IMG/VR virus record: IMGVR_UViG_3300027819_000001
Location: 17,541-81,540 of that record
Strand: one strand, 5' to 3'
Length of the DNA stretch: 64,000 nt
From: a virus
Taxonomy: Duplodnaviria > Caudoviricetes
This document shows, piece by piece, positions 1 through 10,316 of this stretch. Positions within the stretch are counted from its first letter, which is position 1. Each line of letters opens with the position of its first letter. Both the position numbers and the translations under genes were made by a program. Under the pieces are notes generated by a model. The model was not told the origin of the DNA. It did not search any database and worked only from the letters and a program-made list of their open reading frames with translations.

Positions 1-100
1 CGGGTGGGGAGGCAGCAAAGTATTGTCGGATGTTTCATCAGTCGCCGTAGCCGTTAATCACGATGAACGTGGCATCATCAAGAGATGCTGTCGAGAGAAA

Positions 101-514
101 TTAACTGTACGGACCATGCGGCACCAGCCCATGGCGGATTCTCCAGTACTGTCCTCCGGGTGGACCATCCAGATATTGAAGCGTCACCATCTCGCCATCG
201 TAGAGCCAGAAGACACTCGACGAATTGTAGATCCCAGCGATCACAATCAGGTTGCCAGCACTGGAAAGGTTTCCAACAAAATCGTACTCGAGAATCCTGC
301 ACGTCACACCCGTGTTATTCCAAAGCGTCACGATCCTGCCCTCCTCGCCACCCGCGATGCCGCTAAGGTCCCACATCCCCGCTGGATCACCTGGAACGGT
401 CGGTTCCAGCCTTACAAAGCTCGCGTAGCCGATGTCGAGATCCCCAACCTGCCCATCCGACATTCCAAGGCCACGCGGATACTCTGCCGTTGCACCAAGA
501 TTCAGGTTCGCCAT
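101..514 (-). CDS. Hypothetical virion/tail-associated protein; the reading frame continues past TAA to a TGA at 38-40 (possible premature stop)
   Basis: ATG at 514 directly follows the tail fibre stop. After TAA (101-103) the frame reads FLSTASLDDATFIVINGYGD to a TGA that overlaps the next ATG (TGATG, 36-40). Confidence 0.55.
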   Translation of the reverse strand: MANLNLGATAEYPRGLGMSDGQVGDLDIGYASFVRLEPTVPGDPAGMWDLSGIAGGEEGRIVTLWNNTGVTCRILEYDFVGNLSSAGNLIVIAGIYNSSSVFWLYDGEMVTLQYLDGPPGGQYWRIRHGLVPHGPYS

Positions 515-515
515 A

Positions 516-3179
516 TCAGCCCACGACCGCGACGACGAATTCTGGAACTCCAGCAATCAATGTTGGAGCCGTACCAAAGTCTAGGCGGATTTGGTTGCTG
601 TTCAGCACCACCACGTTGCAACTCCAAAGCGCGCCTGTGCTGGCCTTCCTGAGGCTGATTGCAGCCGGGTTGCTGGTGCCAAGATTGTGCGTGACGGTTA
701 TACTGGTAGAGGACCCATCCCCAACATTCTCCATGAAGACTTGAGCGACTTTCAGGCGAGTCACGCTCGCCCCGCTGTAGATGCGCGAGAAATAGAGCCA
801 ACGATTCACATCGTCGTACTCGAGCATTCCAGACGTACCGCCTCCCGCCACAGTCGTCGCGGCCAAAATGAATTGATTCGCTAAACAATAGCCTTCGAAT
901 GCTCCACTGGCCGTGCAGTAAAAACTTCCACACGTCACGTCCGCTAGGTTGGTGTCGCTCGAAACATCTAGTGTTCCTCCAACCAGAGCCCCGGCTGTTA
1001 CGGTTCCGGCAATCGTAATCGCTCCAAAGCCTGTCGATATGGCTCCTGCCACCAATGTCCCGACACCGGTAATGCCTGTCGTCTGGCTCCAGGAAGGCGC
1101 GACTCCCACCCCACCGCTGATCAGAACCCGGCCCGTCGCCACATCGGCCAGCTTGGCCAAACTGGTCGTGGTGTCGGCATACGGAATGTCACCAACCGCA
1201 TACGACGCAAAGCCAGTTCCACCGTTTGTTGCTGGGAGCGTGCCGGTCACGTGTGTCGTGAGTCCAACCTTGCCCCAAGCCGGAGCGGTCACGAGACCAC
1301 CGGAGAGCAGCACATTACCGGTCGCGACATCAGCAAGTGCGGAAAGCGTGGTGGCCCCGCTGGCATAAATCAAATCACCAACCGCGTAGCTGGTCAGGCC
1401 GGTACCGCCCTGGCCGGGAGGAACGGTTCCGGTGATGGCGCTGAATGGAATCGTCGCGGAACTGATGAAGTTGTTCGTGCCGTCTGTCAGGACATATTGG
1501 TTCGCCGTCAAGGTCGTGACAGTCATGCTATCGAAGGTCCCGGTCCCGGCCACCGTGATATCCGTGCCCGTGATGGCACCGCTGAAGCTGGCCGCGCCAG
1601 TCGCGAGCGAGATGCTGGTCAGGAGTCCATCCTTCTTGACTGAGAACTTGCTGGATCCACCCACTGCCAAACTCATCAGGAGGCTGGCCGCGTTGCTGCT
1701 CGAATCGGACACGTTGGCATAGATCAATGTCGGGGTCCCGGACGTGTTCCAGGTATCGCTCATGACCAGCAGGCCCGTGGCTCCGCTGCCTGTCACCTGG
1801 CCACCCGCAACCGTGAAGGCCGCATTGTTGGTCATAGTGAAAGTGAAACCCGCACCCGTTCCAACCGTCGTCATGGCCACCGCCCCGGCTGCTCCAATCG
1901 AAAGTGAAAGGTAATTTGACGTGTCGTATCCAGCCCGGAACTGTTCGGTTGTCCCGAGCGTGTGGATAAACGCACCAGGCGAAGCCGTCCCAATGCCAAG
2001 CTTTCCGGCAGCGGTCAACGTCCCGGCTGTGGCATTATTTGCCATGAAGGTCAGGGCATGATTGCTGGTGGTCCCAATCGATCCAGTTGACCCATCATTC
2101 TTGGTCGCCAGAACGAGTGAACCACTGGTGTGCTGGAAGCCAACCCCGCTGTTCGTCACGCCAAGAATACCGGAGGCATACGTGAAGTTTGCGCTATTGG
2201 CGAGCGTACTGGTGGTTGCCCCGTAAAGCACGCCGTTGGCTGTCCAGGTGGTGCCAGCATTGACCTTGAGGCTGAAGACCGTGCCGGTCAGGTCAATCCC
2301 GTTGCCAGCCGAATACGTGCTGGTCTGGAAGAACAACACCCAGTTAAGCGCCGTTGTGTCCACTGTTGGATTAACGACCGTCTGGCTGTAGGAATGGCCA
2401 GCGTTCACGGTTCCAGCCGTAACCAGAATGTAGGCGCCAGCCGTCAACTCCGCGGTCGTGTCGGCATCCGTCGCCCTAGTCAGCGCAACCGTTCCACCAC
2501 CCGGAGTGCCAGCCACGTACACACCATCGTAAGCATGACTTGCCGCTACGATTCCATCCGGGCTCGCCGTGTCCTTTACGAGGATCCTATCTCCAGCGAC
2601 AATCGTTCCCCCATCCATCGACGTTGAGACAGCCGTCAGATCAGCTATCACCCCTGTCGTGGCAAGTCGTGCAGGACCACCAGCCAAAGCCCTGAGACCA
2701 GTCGATAGGCCATCCACATAGCCCTTGTTGGCCGCATGATCAGTAGCGGTCGGGGTCGCGACTCGAAGGGTCCCAGACGTATCGTAGACTGGGATGAAGT
2801 TCTGGACGGCTGCGGCACTCGGGTCGCTCACGGCATGATAGCCATCGAGCATGTCAGAGTTCAGGTACGTGACCTTTCCGGTTCCATTGCTGGCCACCGT
2901 GAAAGGCACTACACCCGAGCCTGTCTTGGCGAAGTTCCACGCTGCCGTCACATTTTCCGCTACGTCCAGGCGGGGAATTGAAATCCAGTCCCCAGTACTC
3001 CCGCCGTCCGCCTGCATGTACCAAAGGTGCAACCCCGCAAGATTCGAGTCGAATCCGATCAATCCCTTGTTCCATGGAGATCCGAAGTCGGAGAAAGCCG
3101 TGAAAGGATGAAGGCGGATGTTATTCGCGGGAGCCCCGCTAAAGTCCGCCGTTATTCCCTTAAATGGAAATGGAACCAT
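516..3179 (-). CDS. Tail fibre / receptor-binding protein
   Basis: 887 aa, G/T/A/S-rich. Contains fibre motifs (HAANKGYVD, DRILVKD, GIGTASP) and two GGTG.SYAVGD..YA...LA.LADVATG.VL.SGG repeats. Confidence 0.85.
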   Translation of the reverse strand: MVPFPFKGITADFSGAPANNIRLHPFTAFSDFGSPWNKGLIGFDSNLAGLHLWYMQADGGSTGDWISIPRLDVAENVTAAWNFAKTGSGVVPFTVASNGTGKVTYLNSDMLDGYHAVSDPSAAAVQNFIPVYDTSGTLRVATPTATDHAANKGYVDGLSTGLRALAGGPARLATTGVIADLTAVSTSMDGGTIVAGDRILVKDTASPDGIVAASHAYDGVYVAGTPGGGTVALTRATDADTTAELTAGAYILVTAGTVNAGHSYSQTVVNPTVDTTALNWVLFFQTSTYSAGNGIDLTGTVFSLKVNAGTTWTANGVLYGATTSTLANSANFTYASGILGVTNSGVGFQHTSGSLVLATKNDGSTGSIGTTSNHALTFMANNATAGTLTAAGKLGIGTASPGAFIHTLGTTEQFRAGYDTSNYLSLSIGAAGAVAMTTVGTGAGFTFTMTNNAAFTVAGGQVTGSGATGLLVMSDTWNTSGTPTLIYANVSDSSSNAASLLMSLAVGGSSKFSVKKDGLLTSISLATGAASFSGAITGTDITVAGTGTFDSMTVTTLTANQYVLTDGTNNFISSATIPFSAITGTVPPGQGGTGLTSYAVGDLIYASGATTLSALADVATGNVLLSGGLVTAPAWGKVGLTTHVTGTLPATNGGTGFASYAVGDIPYADTTTSLAKLADVATGRVLISGGVGVAPSWSQTTGITGVGTLVAGAISTGFGAITIAGTVTAGALVGGTLDVSSDTNLADVTCGSFYCTASGAFEGYCLANQFILAATTVAGGGTSGMLEYDDVNRWLYFSRIYSGASVTRLKVAQVFMENVGDGSSTSITVTHNLGTSNPAAISLRKASTGALWSCNVVVLNSNQIRLDFGTAPTLIAGVPEFVVAVVG

Positions 3180-3182
3180 ACG

Positions 3183-3815
3183 TCAGAACAGTAGCGAGGC
3201 TTTCCCGGAATAGGAAGCCCCAAGATAAATCACCACTTGGTCGTTCGTTGCCTCCACAGCTTGTGCTCCAAACGGCACCCCAACATCGTCCGTAAGATGG
3301 ATAGAAGCAGGATACTTCCCGAGGCGGTGAGTGATCGGCCATGTGTCCAGCGCGATTACCTGGACATGGTTGTACCGGACAACGTGATCAACCAGTTCAA
3401 GAGCGGTCACTCTGGCATCCAAGGCTGCTATCAAAGCCAACAAGTTCGCCTCTAAGGCGGCAATGGAAGCCTTCACTTCAGATATGTCCGACGCTTCCTG
3501 TGCAACGAGAGCCGCGATCTTAACGTTAAGATCCGTGATCGAGCTATCCACGACCAAAAGTTTGTCCGTGATAGAGCCAATTTCATCGACCTCGCCAGTA
3601 TCGAACATCCTGGTCATTTGATCAGAAAGCTCCCTACGAAATCTTTCCCATTGTTCCTGGTACGCTATCCAGCCAGCTTTGGTTTCTGGTCTCGATCCGG
3701 TTATCGACTCTGGCGCTACCGGGGTTCGAGGCAGGATAACCGGGCTTACTCTACTGGTGACCGCGAGAGCTTTACGAGGCGCTTGTCCTCTGAATTTTGG
3801 ATTGATGTCCGCCAT
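3183..3815 (-). CDS. Tail-fibre-associated coiled-coil protein
   Basis: Heptad segment followed by a C-terminal W.ITH.LG.YP module typical of fibre-associated proteins; start coupled to the upstream stop. Confidence 0.6.
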   Translation of the reverse strand: MADINPKFRGQAPRKALAVTSRVSPVILPRTPVAPESITGSRPETKAGWIAYQEQWERFRRELSDQMTRMFDTGEVDEIGSITDKLLVVDSSITDLNVKIAALVAQEASDISEVKASIAALEANLLALIAALDARVTALELVDHVVRYNHVQVIALDTWPITHRLGKYPASIHLTDDVGVPFGAQAVEATNDQVVIYLGASYSGKASLLF

Positions 3816-3816
3816 A

Positions 3817-5898
3817 TCAGAGCTTGTTGTCGAATCGCAATCCAACCGTCTGTCCAATGGCCGATATTTGGCAAGCACCTCCGGTCCCGGAAATCTTGAT
3901 CTCCCAGTACAGGCATTGTCCTCGCCTGTACAGCGGCCATTTCATTGGCCCAGACGTTGGCCTTTGATTGTTGTCCTCCAACACGGACACATCCGAATCG
4001 CCACAATCGAGGTATTTAACCTCCTGGACCTCCCACAGCAGAGGACATACGCCGTCATTGTTTGGATCGACCGGCCTTGCCGATACTCCGACTCGCACGT
4101 ATAGCGGCGAAGGTGTAGTCTGAATTTCTGGAAGGATGTCCAAGAGGAACTCGGTGAACTCCTTCTCAAACGACCTTTGATCGAACGTTTCAGCCCCGCT
4201 TCGCAGAATGGAATCGTATCCATCCAGCACGTATGTCCCAATACTTGACGTGTACCCTCTCCTGGCATTCTCTCCCACCGCCGTCGTGTTTGTGCATCTC
4301 TCCCTTGAGAACGTTTCCTGGTCGAACTCCTTGATGCACCAGTCAACCGAACATGCTCCAGCAAACACGCTTCCTTGAGGGCATGGATCACAGTCCATTT
4401 CTTCGATGAGCGCGCAGACAGAATTAGCACTCGGCTGTGCCTGAGTCCAGTCCTCCACAGTTGCTCCATCAATGGTTACCTCGACCGTCGTGTAGAGCGG
4501 CCCGAGTGCCGGGCAGTTTGTCGGAATGTTCTGCGGCAACCCCTGCTTCACAATCGCCAACCCCTGTCCATCTTGGCCAAGCTCAGACGGTGTGCAAATG
4601 CAGTTCGAAATCAGGAAGTCGTACACTGTCTTTCGAACATTGTGCTCCGAGTTGCAGAAGGCGGTGAATCCATGGTCAATTGTGTGGCATGTCCTCTGCG
4701 CTGTATCGATCACAAACGTACGATCGTTGAGCCCGGTTGTTGAAAGCTTTGGCGTCCAGGAGAAGTAGATTGACTTGTCCGACGCATTGAATGCCGCACA
4801 GTGGGACTCGCACCAGGTATTGCTGATGTCGTTGAAAATTACCGCCGTGCCAGCGTGTATCCAGTCCAATCTCTCCGGTGCCTGGGAGAACACAGAGAAT
4901 CGGTACATGCCATCTCGACCTGCGTAAACAACCTCATCCCCGATGCTGCACAGAGTGTTGCGGTAAAACAGGCACGCCTCGCCTGTCTTCGTAGGTGTGT
5001 ACTTCTTGTCGAAGGAGAACGGTTGATCAACCTGCCCAACCAAGCCCATGATCCAAATCCGCTTGTTGGTAAAGATCAGGAAGTACTGGCCAAGCTCAAT
5101 GCCGTCCACGATCTCTTCGCCAGGGTCAAGATCCTGAAACCCAGCAATTGAGTCCAGCTTTCCAGGGTCCCACGAAAGAGGATCGTCCTTGTCGCTCCAG
5201 TAAATTCGATTCAGGTAACGCACACCGCCAACCTCAACGTTCGCGATGAAGGAGACTCCCTGCCACGACCAGACAGCTTTAGCCTTTCGTATTTGGAACG
5301 TCAGAAGATCAGGTATTGGATGCACCGCCTGCAAAGCACACCCAAGCGTTGGAGCGTCAAACTGCCAGGAAAGGATGTCGTCGTAGTCGTTGGTGAAGAG
5401 GACGTAATCTCCGTTCTGCGCAGCCCTGAAACGAATCTTCGGAGCCGTTCCATCATCAGTCCCTTGTCCATACCCGTCCCCAATGATCTTGTAATTCTGT
5501 CCGTACTCGTAACCGGCATACAACCGAGACTCTGTTCCAACGATGAGCCGTCGCACCCCTGAGGAGGAAGTCGCCTGGAACATCATCGTAATCGGTTGCC
5601 GTCCAGTATCTCGGACTTGGAGTTCTCCTTCACAATCGCCTGGAAACACCCTCTCGCTATCAGGTCCACCAGCGTAGTAAGTCTGCAACACCAGAAGCTG
5701 ATCGTGGAGATCGGAGTTTCCATTCCCATATTTCGTCCATCCTCCCGAGCGAACGAGCTTGTTTGGGTCAGGCGTGTGAAAGTTCTGCCGCATCCGGACG
5801 GCACCAGGGATCATGAGGTCCGGATTCGACCGGTTATCCAACACCCCGGTCACCGGCCTTATCCACTTTGTCTCTGGAATCTGGCGTGCTTTGGCCAT
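3817..5898 (-). CDS. Tail nozzle / stabilization protein (P22 gp10 / T7 gp12-like beta-propeller)
   Basis: 693 aa with propeller-like repeats (RLIVGTESRLY, NRIYWSD.DDP.SW, FLIFTNKRIW); position among tail genes. Confidence 0.7.
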   Translation of the reverse strand: MAKARQIPETKWIRPVTGVLDNRSNPDLMIPGAVRMRQNFHTPDPNKLVRSGGWTKYGNGNSDLHDQLLVLQTYYAGGPDSERVFPGDCEGELQVRDTGRQPITMMFQATSSSGVRRLIVGTESRLYAGYEYGQNYKIIGDGYGQGTDDGTAPKIRFRAAQNGDYVLFTNDYDDILSWQFDAPTLGCALQAVHPIPDLLTFQIRKAKAVWSWQGVSFIANVEVGGVRYLNRIYWSDKDDPLSWDPGKLDSIAGFQDLDPGEEIVDGIELGQYFLIFTNKRIWIMGLVGQVDQPFSFDKKYTPTKTGEACLFYRNTLCSIGDEVVYAGRDGMYRFSVFSQAPERLDWIHAGTAVIFNDISNTWCESHCAAFNASDKSIYFSWTPKLSTTGLNDRTFVIDTAQRTCHTIDHGFTAFCNSEHNVRKTVYDFLISNCICTPSELGQDGQGLAIVKQGLPQNIPTNCPALGPLYTTVEVTIDGATVEDWTQAQPSANSVCALIEEMDCDPCPQGSVFAGACSVDWCIKEFDQETFSRERCTNTTAVGENARRGYTSSIGTYVLDGYDSILRSGAETFDQRSFEKEFTEFLLDILPEIQTTPSPLYVRVGVSARPVDPNNDGVCPLLWEVQEVKYLDCGDSDVSVLEDNNQRPTSGPMKWPLYRRGQCLYWEIKISGTGGACQISAIGQTVGLRFDNKL

Positions 5899-5907
5899 GG
5901 GCGTCTC

Positions 5908-6537
5908 TCAGGACTTAATATAGCTGTACAGCGCAATGTAAGGTGGCCTGTTCTCGTGCGGCAGGCCACCACCGGTAGGCTGCAATATGTCCTCGTTTCC
6001 GGAGTTGGCCGCATCTGCACCCCCCACAGCATCAACATCATTCGTTGGTGGAGATGTTAAATGGACCTTGTTAGGTTGCAAAAGATGCGTGTGGGAGGGC
6101 ATCTCTGGAATCGTGAGCGTGTGCTCCTTCTCACCACCGGTATCACCCAAGCTGTATTGGTCTCCGGCAAACGTGAGAAACCGATTGTTCAGGTTCGGAA
6201 GTCTGAAATTGTTGACGACATCCGACGCCGGTCCGTACTGGTCTCCGATGATATCCCACAGTGCGGAATATGTGATCTTTGAAACGTCCTGCCCATTGCA
6301 TAGAAGCCAGTTTTCATCCTGGGCAGACGGAGCCGCTGAGATTCGAATATCACCTGTGTGGTAAACCTCACGAAGGAACGCAGGGGTGAGCTTTCCGATA
6401 GTGCTCCACATCCATTTGAAGAACACCCAGTCCTTGGCTGGCTTTGCGATCCAACTGTCCTGAACCTTGGTGCAGGCATCCGCATTACTGTTTGGGAGCA
6501 GCGCCTCGAACTCTGATGGTAAAACTGGACTGGCCAT
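5908..6537 (-). CDS. Phage tail collar domain protein
   Basis: WLLCNGQ.VS..TYSALW.IIG..YG...FRLPNL and HENRPPY.AL.YIK motifs. Confidence 0.85.
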   Translation of the reverse strand: MASPVLPSEFEALLPNSNADACTKVQDSWIAKPAKDWVFFKWMWSTIGKLTPAFLREVYHTGDIRISAAPSAQDENWLLCNGQDVSKITYSALWDIIGDQYGPASDVVNNFRLPNLNNRFLTFAGDQYSLGDTGGEKEHTLTIPEMPSHTHLLQPNKVHLTSPPTNDVDAVGGADAANSGNEDILQPTGGGLPHENRPPYIALYSYIKS

Positions 6538-6574
6538 GAACGGGAGTATTTACCCGTTCTCCGCAGGCAATCAA
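6538..6574 (-). promoter_or_regulatory. Putative sigma70-like promoter inside a hairpin abutting the tail collar start codon
   Basis: TTGATT-N16-TAAATA; perfect stem GAACGGG/CCCGTTC (6538-6559) ends at the ATG. Confidence 0.35.
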
Positions 6575-6576
6575 CC

Positions 6577-7287
6577 TTAAACTGGAACGGCGGGATCGAA
6601 CTGGAGTCCGAGAACAAGCGTTGCCTCAAGCCATTTTGGCATCCAACTCTTCTGCCTGAAGTTGTTTGCCAAATGAAAGCACGGCGATCTTTCCCACTCT
6701 CCTGGACCGTCTAAAGGATCTTTGTAGTTCCTCACCCAGTTGAGCCGATGGCACTTCGCACGCTTCCTCAGAATGTGCATGTCTTGGATGTTTGGCACTC
6801 CGTTGACGAGATCCTCAAGTGGATGCCGGTCGCTATCCTCGATCTCGTAGTTCACCATGCATTGGACAAGGTGATTCAATCCGGCAGCGTCCGCAGCCCA
6901 GATCCCAGGACCACCGTCGTGATGACCGCAGATGAGGCCATGCGTACCGAAGTCGGCTGTGACCTGTCTCGGAGTAAAGTCAAACCCTGCGTTTGGAAAC
7001 ACGTCGTAGTCCGCAAACAGGACAATCTCCCCTGGAACCAGAATGTGGGAGCAGCACCATCGGATGAAGCAGTAATACTCGTAGAGCTTATTGTTCACTG
7101 ATGGCCATTGATCGGCCTTCTTTGACAGCGGTCCAAACTGCCTGTGGTAGCAGACATCATCCAAGCTGAGCACGCGAGGCAGGAACCCAGCCTTTTTCCA
7201 CTGCCTCTTCCAAAGGTTGATCATCATCTGGCTATCCTCCGCAGAATCGCCACCATCGTAATCTTCGTGAAACGTCAGGATTCTCAT
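6577..7287 (-). CDS. Glycosyltransferase-like protein (GT-A, DxD)
   Basis: CFIRW and FADYDV motifs; located in the glycan cluster. Confidence 0.55.
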   Translation of the reverse strand: MRILTFHEDYDGGDSAEDSQMMINLWKRQWKKAGFLPRVLSLDDVCYHRQFGPLSKKADQWPSVNNKLYEYYCFIRWCCSHILVPGEIVLFADYDVFPNAGFDFTPRQVTADFGTHGLICGHHDGGPGIWAADAAGLNHLVQCMVNYEIEDSDRHPLEDLVNGVPNIQDMHILRKRAKCHRLNWVRNYKDPLDGPGEWERSPCFHLANNFRQKSWMPKWLEATLVLGLQFDPAVPV

Positions 7288-7907
7288 CGTGCAAATCGGT
7301 TTACCACATCCTTGTTGAACACAACCTTGGTAGGAGTACCGGTACCAGCGTGTGGCCAGGTTGGAGCGTAACCGATGCGCATCACACAGCTTGGCCAGCG
7401 CATTACGTAGTCCGATCCGCGTTGGTCCTTTGAGACTCCGCAGCTCCTATCGTTGTCCTCGATGATGAACTTGCACGGAAGCTTTTGGGACTGTACGTGC
7501 TTCACAGCCTCATAGAGATGCCCATTGTCTTCGGCGCCATCACCAACGAAGCACCAGACAGATTTGCCGGTGTCCTTGAGGCCAAGTGCTAATCCGGCAG
7601 CAATCCCGCACATCCCTCCAAGGACCGAGGAGGACATGAAATTGATCTCACTGTCGAAGACGAACATGCTCTTCCCAGTCCTGATCTTGCCTTCAAGCAT
7701 TGCCTCACTCCCGCCAGTCAGCACGTAATGGTAGTGGCTACGGTGGTTCGACAAGACCCAATCTCCTGGACTCACGAACGTGAATAGGTCGATCAACGCC
7801 TGCTCATTCCCTCCGCTGAGATGCATTAGGAACGGCAGGTCACCGGTCTCGAACAGATCGGCTACGCGCTTCTCAAACGCCATCAGACTTTCGGGTGTGT
7901 GTTTCAT
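7284..7907 (-). CDS. Minimal TPP-dependent dehydrogenase E1 alpha-like subunit
   Basis: HLSGG, SNHRSHYH and GDG-x25-N TPP-binding motif (VGDGAEDNG...IIEDN); only 207 aa. Confidence 0.85.
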   Translation of the reverse strand: MKHTPESLMAFEKRVADLFETGDLPFLMHLSGGNEQALIDLFTFVSPGDWVLSNHRSHYHYVLTGGSEAMLEGKIRTGKSMFVFDSEINFMSSSVLGGMCGIAAGLALGLKDTGKSVWCFVGDGAEDNGHLYEAVKHVQSQKLPCKFIIEDNDRSCGVSKDQRGSDYVMRWPSCVMRIGYAPTWPHAGTGTPTKVVFNKDVVNRFAR

Positions 7908-8998
7908 ACGAATGGATCCTCGTGCATATCCACCAACTGTTCAAAAAAATCAATCTTGCGGTGAGCCTTGCACTCATGGCGGCACACCTTTGAAGGGTCC
8001 AAATCCTTCCACTTCTTAATGTGCTCCGGTGATCCCCAGAAGTCGATGAACCGTTTGTCAGCCAGGGAACCAAGCTTGCCGTGCTCCGTATAGGCCGTAT
8101 CGGTGCAGGCATAAACGCATTGGTCCGCCCCGATGACCGGCACGGTCGTCGAGTAGAGGCACCGCTTGAATGGACGCTCCAGCTTCTTGGAGTTGTCGTC
8201 GAGCTTGTACGTCGAGTTGACGGAGAAGGTGCTGTCACAGAGTGACGTTATCTCCTGGAGTTGGGCCTCAACGCTCTCTTTGATCGCAGCGTGATATGCC
8301 TGGAAACCTTCCACCCAGACGGGAGAGAATCGGATGTTCTGAACCCCAATGCCCTTGAGCAGTTTCGAGAATTCGATCAGGCCAGTGCAGTTGTAGCGCG
8401 TGACGATGTAATTCACTCCAAGGTCGCACTTCGCGGGCTTAATTGTCGCGAAGAATTCCAGGTTTTTCATCACGCCAGCGAACGAGGACAGAGAAACATT
8501 TCTTGAATCCGCCATCGTTCGAGCATCGGTATAGTCGATACTCACACGAACCCACTTTCCCTGCCTCAAAATCTCCGCCCTTTCCCCGTTCAGGCTTTGA
8601 CCATTCGTGATTGCCGATAGCGCGATTCCATTCTCAAGCGTCCTTTCCATGATTCGGCAGATGCCTGGATGGATCAATGGCTCACCGCCTCCGGAATACG
8701 TGACCGCCTTCACTCCCATGGCTTTGAAGTCATCGAGAATCTCGATCATCTTCTCTGTTGGTATCACATCCCGCTCGTTCATTTCACCATGCATCCCGCC
8801 CTGGAGATGATCCTCCTGTCCATGATCCGATGGTCTTTTAGTCCCATCAGAAAATGTGCAAAAACGGCACGCGTGATTACAGCGATTGGTTGGCTTAACC
8901 CTCAGGTAAAGCGGAGGAGTTATCCGGTTTTCCCGGAACGCTTGGAGCTTCTCTGGATACTGGACGATCTTGAGGTCGCTGTACTTGTTGTTGTTCAT
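7904..8998 (-). CDS. Radical SAM / SPASM-type enzyme
   Basis: CNHACRFC cluster motif, SGGGEP, C-terminal Cys cluster (CLYS...VYAC...C..C). Start taken at MNNNK (ATGA overlap). Confidence 0.9.
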   Translation of the reverse strand: MNNNKYSDLKIVQYPEKLQAFRENRITPPLYLRVKPTNRCNHACRFCTFSDGTKRPSDHGQEDHLQGGMHGEMNERDVIPTEKMIEILDDFKAMGVKAVTYSGGGEPLIHPGICRIMERTLENGIALSAITNGQSLNGERAEILRQGKWVRVSIDYTDARTMADSRNVSLSSFAGVMKNLEFFATIKPAKCDLGVNYIVTRYNCTGLIEFSKLLKGIGVQNIRFSPVWVEGFQAYHAAIKESVEAQLQEITSLCDSTFSVNSTYKLDDNSKKLERPFKRCLYSTTVPVIGADQCVYACTDTAYTEHGKLGSLADKRFIDFWGSPEHIKKWKDLDPSKVCRHECKAHRKIDFFEQLVDMHEDPFV

Positions 8999-9537
8999 CG
9001 GACGTAAATGAGGTTGGCGACGGTTTGGTGGACAACGCGGTAACCATTGGATAGAAGGAGATCGCGCAGCCGGAAGTCTTCTCCAATTCCTTTGGTGTTG
9101 TATTCGGCAACGATCACCCTTGGCCCATGAGCCATGTAATCGATCCCGGACATCACGTCGCACTCGTGCCCCTCCACATCAATGGAGATGAAGTCAGGCA
9201 TGATTGGAGAGCATAGCTGCATGATTGGAATCGCATCCTTATGCTTCTTTGCATAGTCAACTCTGGAGAGTTGCGGATCCGTAGGATTGAAATCAAATCC
9301 AACCTTTGGATGCGGAGATACGATGGCTGTCAGAAGTTTTCCAGGTCTCCAGAATTGTTGCCAAATCGGATCCGCATCCACTGAAATTCCTTCCCAGTCC
9401 TTGTCACGCAGAAATGCTGTATTGCTTCCTCTCGATGGGTGGGCTGCTCCGATATCCAGGTATCGTCCACCACCAAGCATAACCAGGTTTTCATCGATCC
9501 ACTTGTCCTCTCCGTATTCAGAATAGTATTGCTTCAT
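8995..9537 (-). CDS. FkbM-family methyltransferase
   Basis: YSEYGED, YLDIGA, ISIDVEGHE, VIVAEYN motifs. Confidence 0.85.
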   Translation of the reverse strand: MKQYYSEYGEDKWIDENLVMLGGGRYLDIGAAHPSRGSNTAFLRDKDWEGISVDADPIWQQFWRPGKLLTAIVSPHPKVGFDFNPTDPQLSRVDYAKKHKDAIPIMQLCSPIMPDFISIDVEGHECDVMSGIDYMAHGPRVIVAEYNTKGIGEDFRLRDLLLSNGYRVVHQTVANLIYVR

Positions 9538-10316
9538 CTTGGTATCGTGACAGGTTCGGTTTTGTTTGCCAGCCAGTCGTGGCCAGCCGTCTCTGGCCAA
9601 AATTCATCGAGTTTAACCGGCCACACCGTGTTCGACTGGAGCTTTAGCCAGTTGGCCAGTTTGAAAGATCGATCACCGTAGTATCGTTCTTTGAACGCAA
9701 CCTGCTCCTCAAACACGTAAGCGGGATGATCGAACACGAGTCCCATCGATGACGAGATGTCACGTTCCATGTGCTTTCCGTTCCATCGGATGACTGGGTT
9801 TTCGTGGCTCTGCCACAGCCCGCCACGGTAAACATGTGTTCTGATCCAGTCGTGCTTCATTGGTTCGAACAGAAGTTCTATATCCATGCCGAGAAACGGT
9901 TTGCACAGGTATTGACCACGACCAAATCCATCGTACGAGAACAAGTCGTGAATCAGTTCGAGTTGTGATGCTGCCCAAAGCTCATCGGCGTCAATCTCGT
10001 GGAGAACGTCGCCAACTGAAATCTTTCCGAGTGGCGCGTTGCACATCTCCACCTTGCCTCTCCAATATCGATTCTTTCGAGACACGGAGATATCCTTGCA
10101 CAATATCGAATCGATGTACTCCGTGGTTCCATCTATTGATCTAAAACCGCTATGGTACTCCCGAGGAAATGGCTTACACCAACCAGTGCAACCGTGTGGC
10201 GCTGCTGGTCCCTCAACGATGTGCCAATGCCACGGACAGGAAAGCTTCGAGAACTCTGGCAGGTGATGCTTGATGAATGGCATCCCGTTCTGGACGATGG
10301 TGAAAATCTGGAGCAT
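9534..10316 (-). CDS. Glycosyltransferase family 2-like protein
   Basis: IFTIV.NGMPFI, SIDGTTEY, EIDADELW motifs. Confidence 0.7.
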   Translation of the reverse strand: MLQIFTIVQNGMPFIKHHLPEFSKLSCPWHWHIVEGPAAPHGCTGWCKPFPREYHSGFRSIDGTTEYIDSILCKDISVSRKNRYWRGKVEMCNAPLGKISVGDVLHEIDADELWAASQLELIHDLFSYDGFGRGQYLCKPFLGMDIELLFEPMKHDWIRTHVYRGGLWQSHENPVIRWNGKHMERDISSSMGLVFDHPAYVFEEQVAFKERYYGDRSFKLANWLKLQSNTVWPVKLDEFWPETAGHDWLANKTEPVTIPR

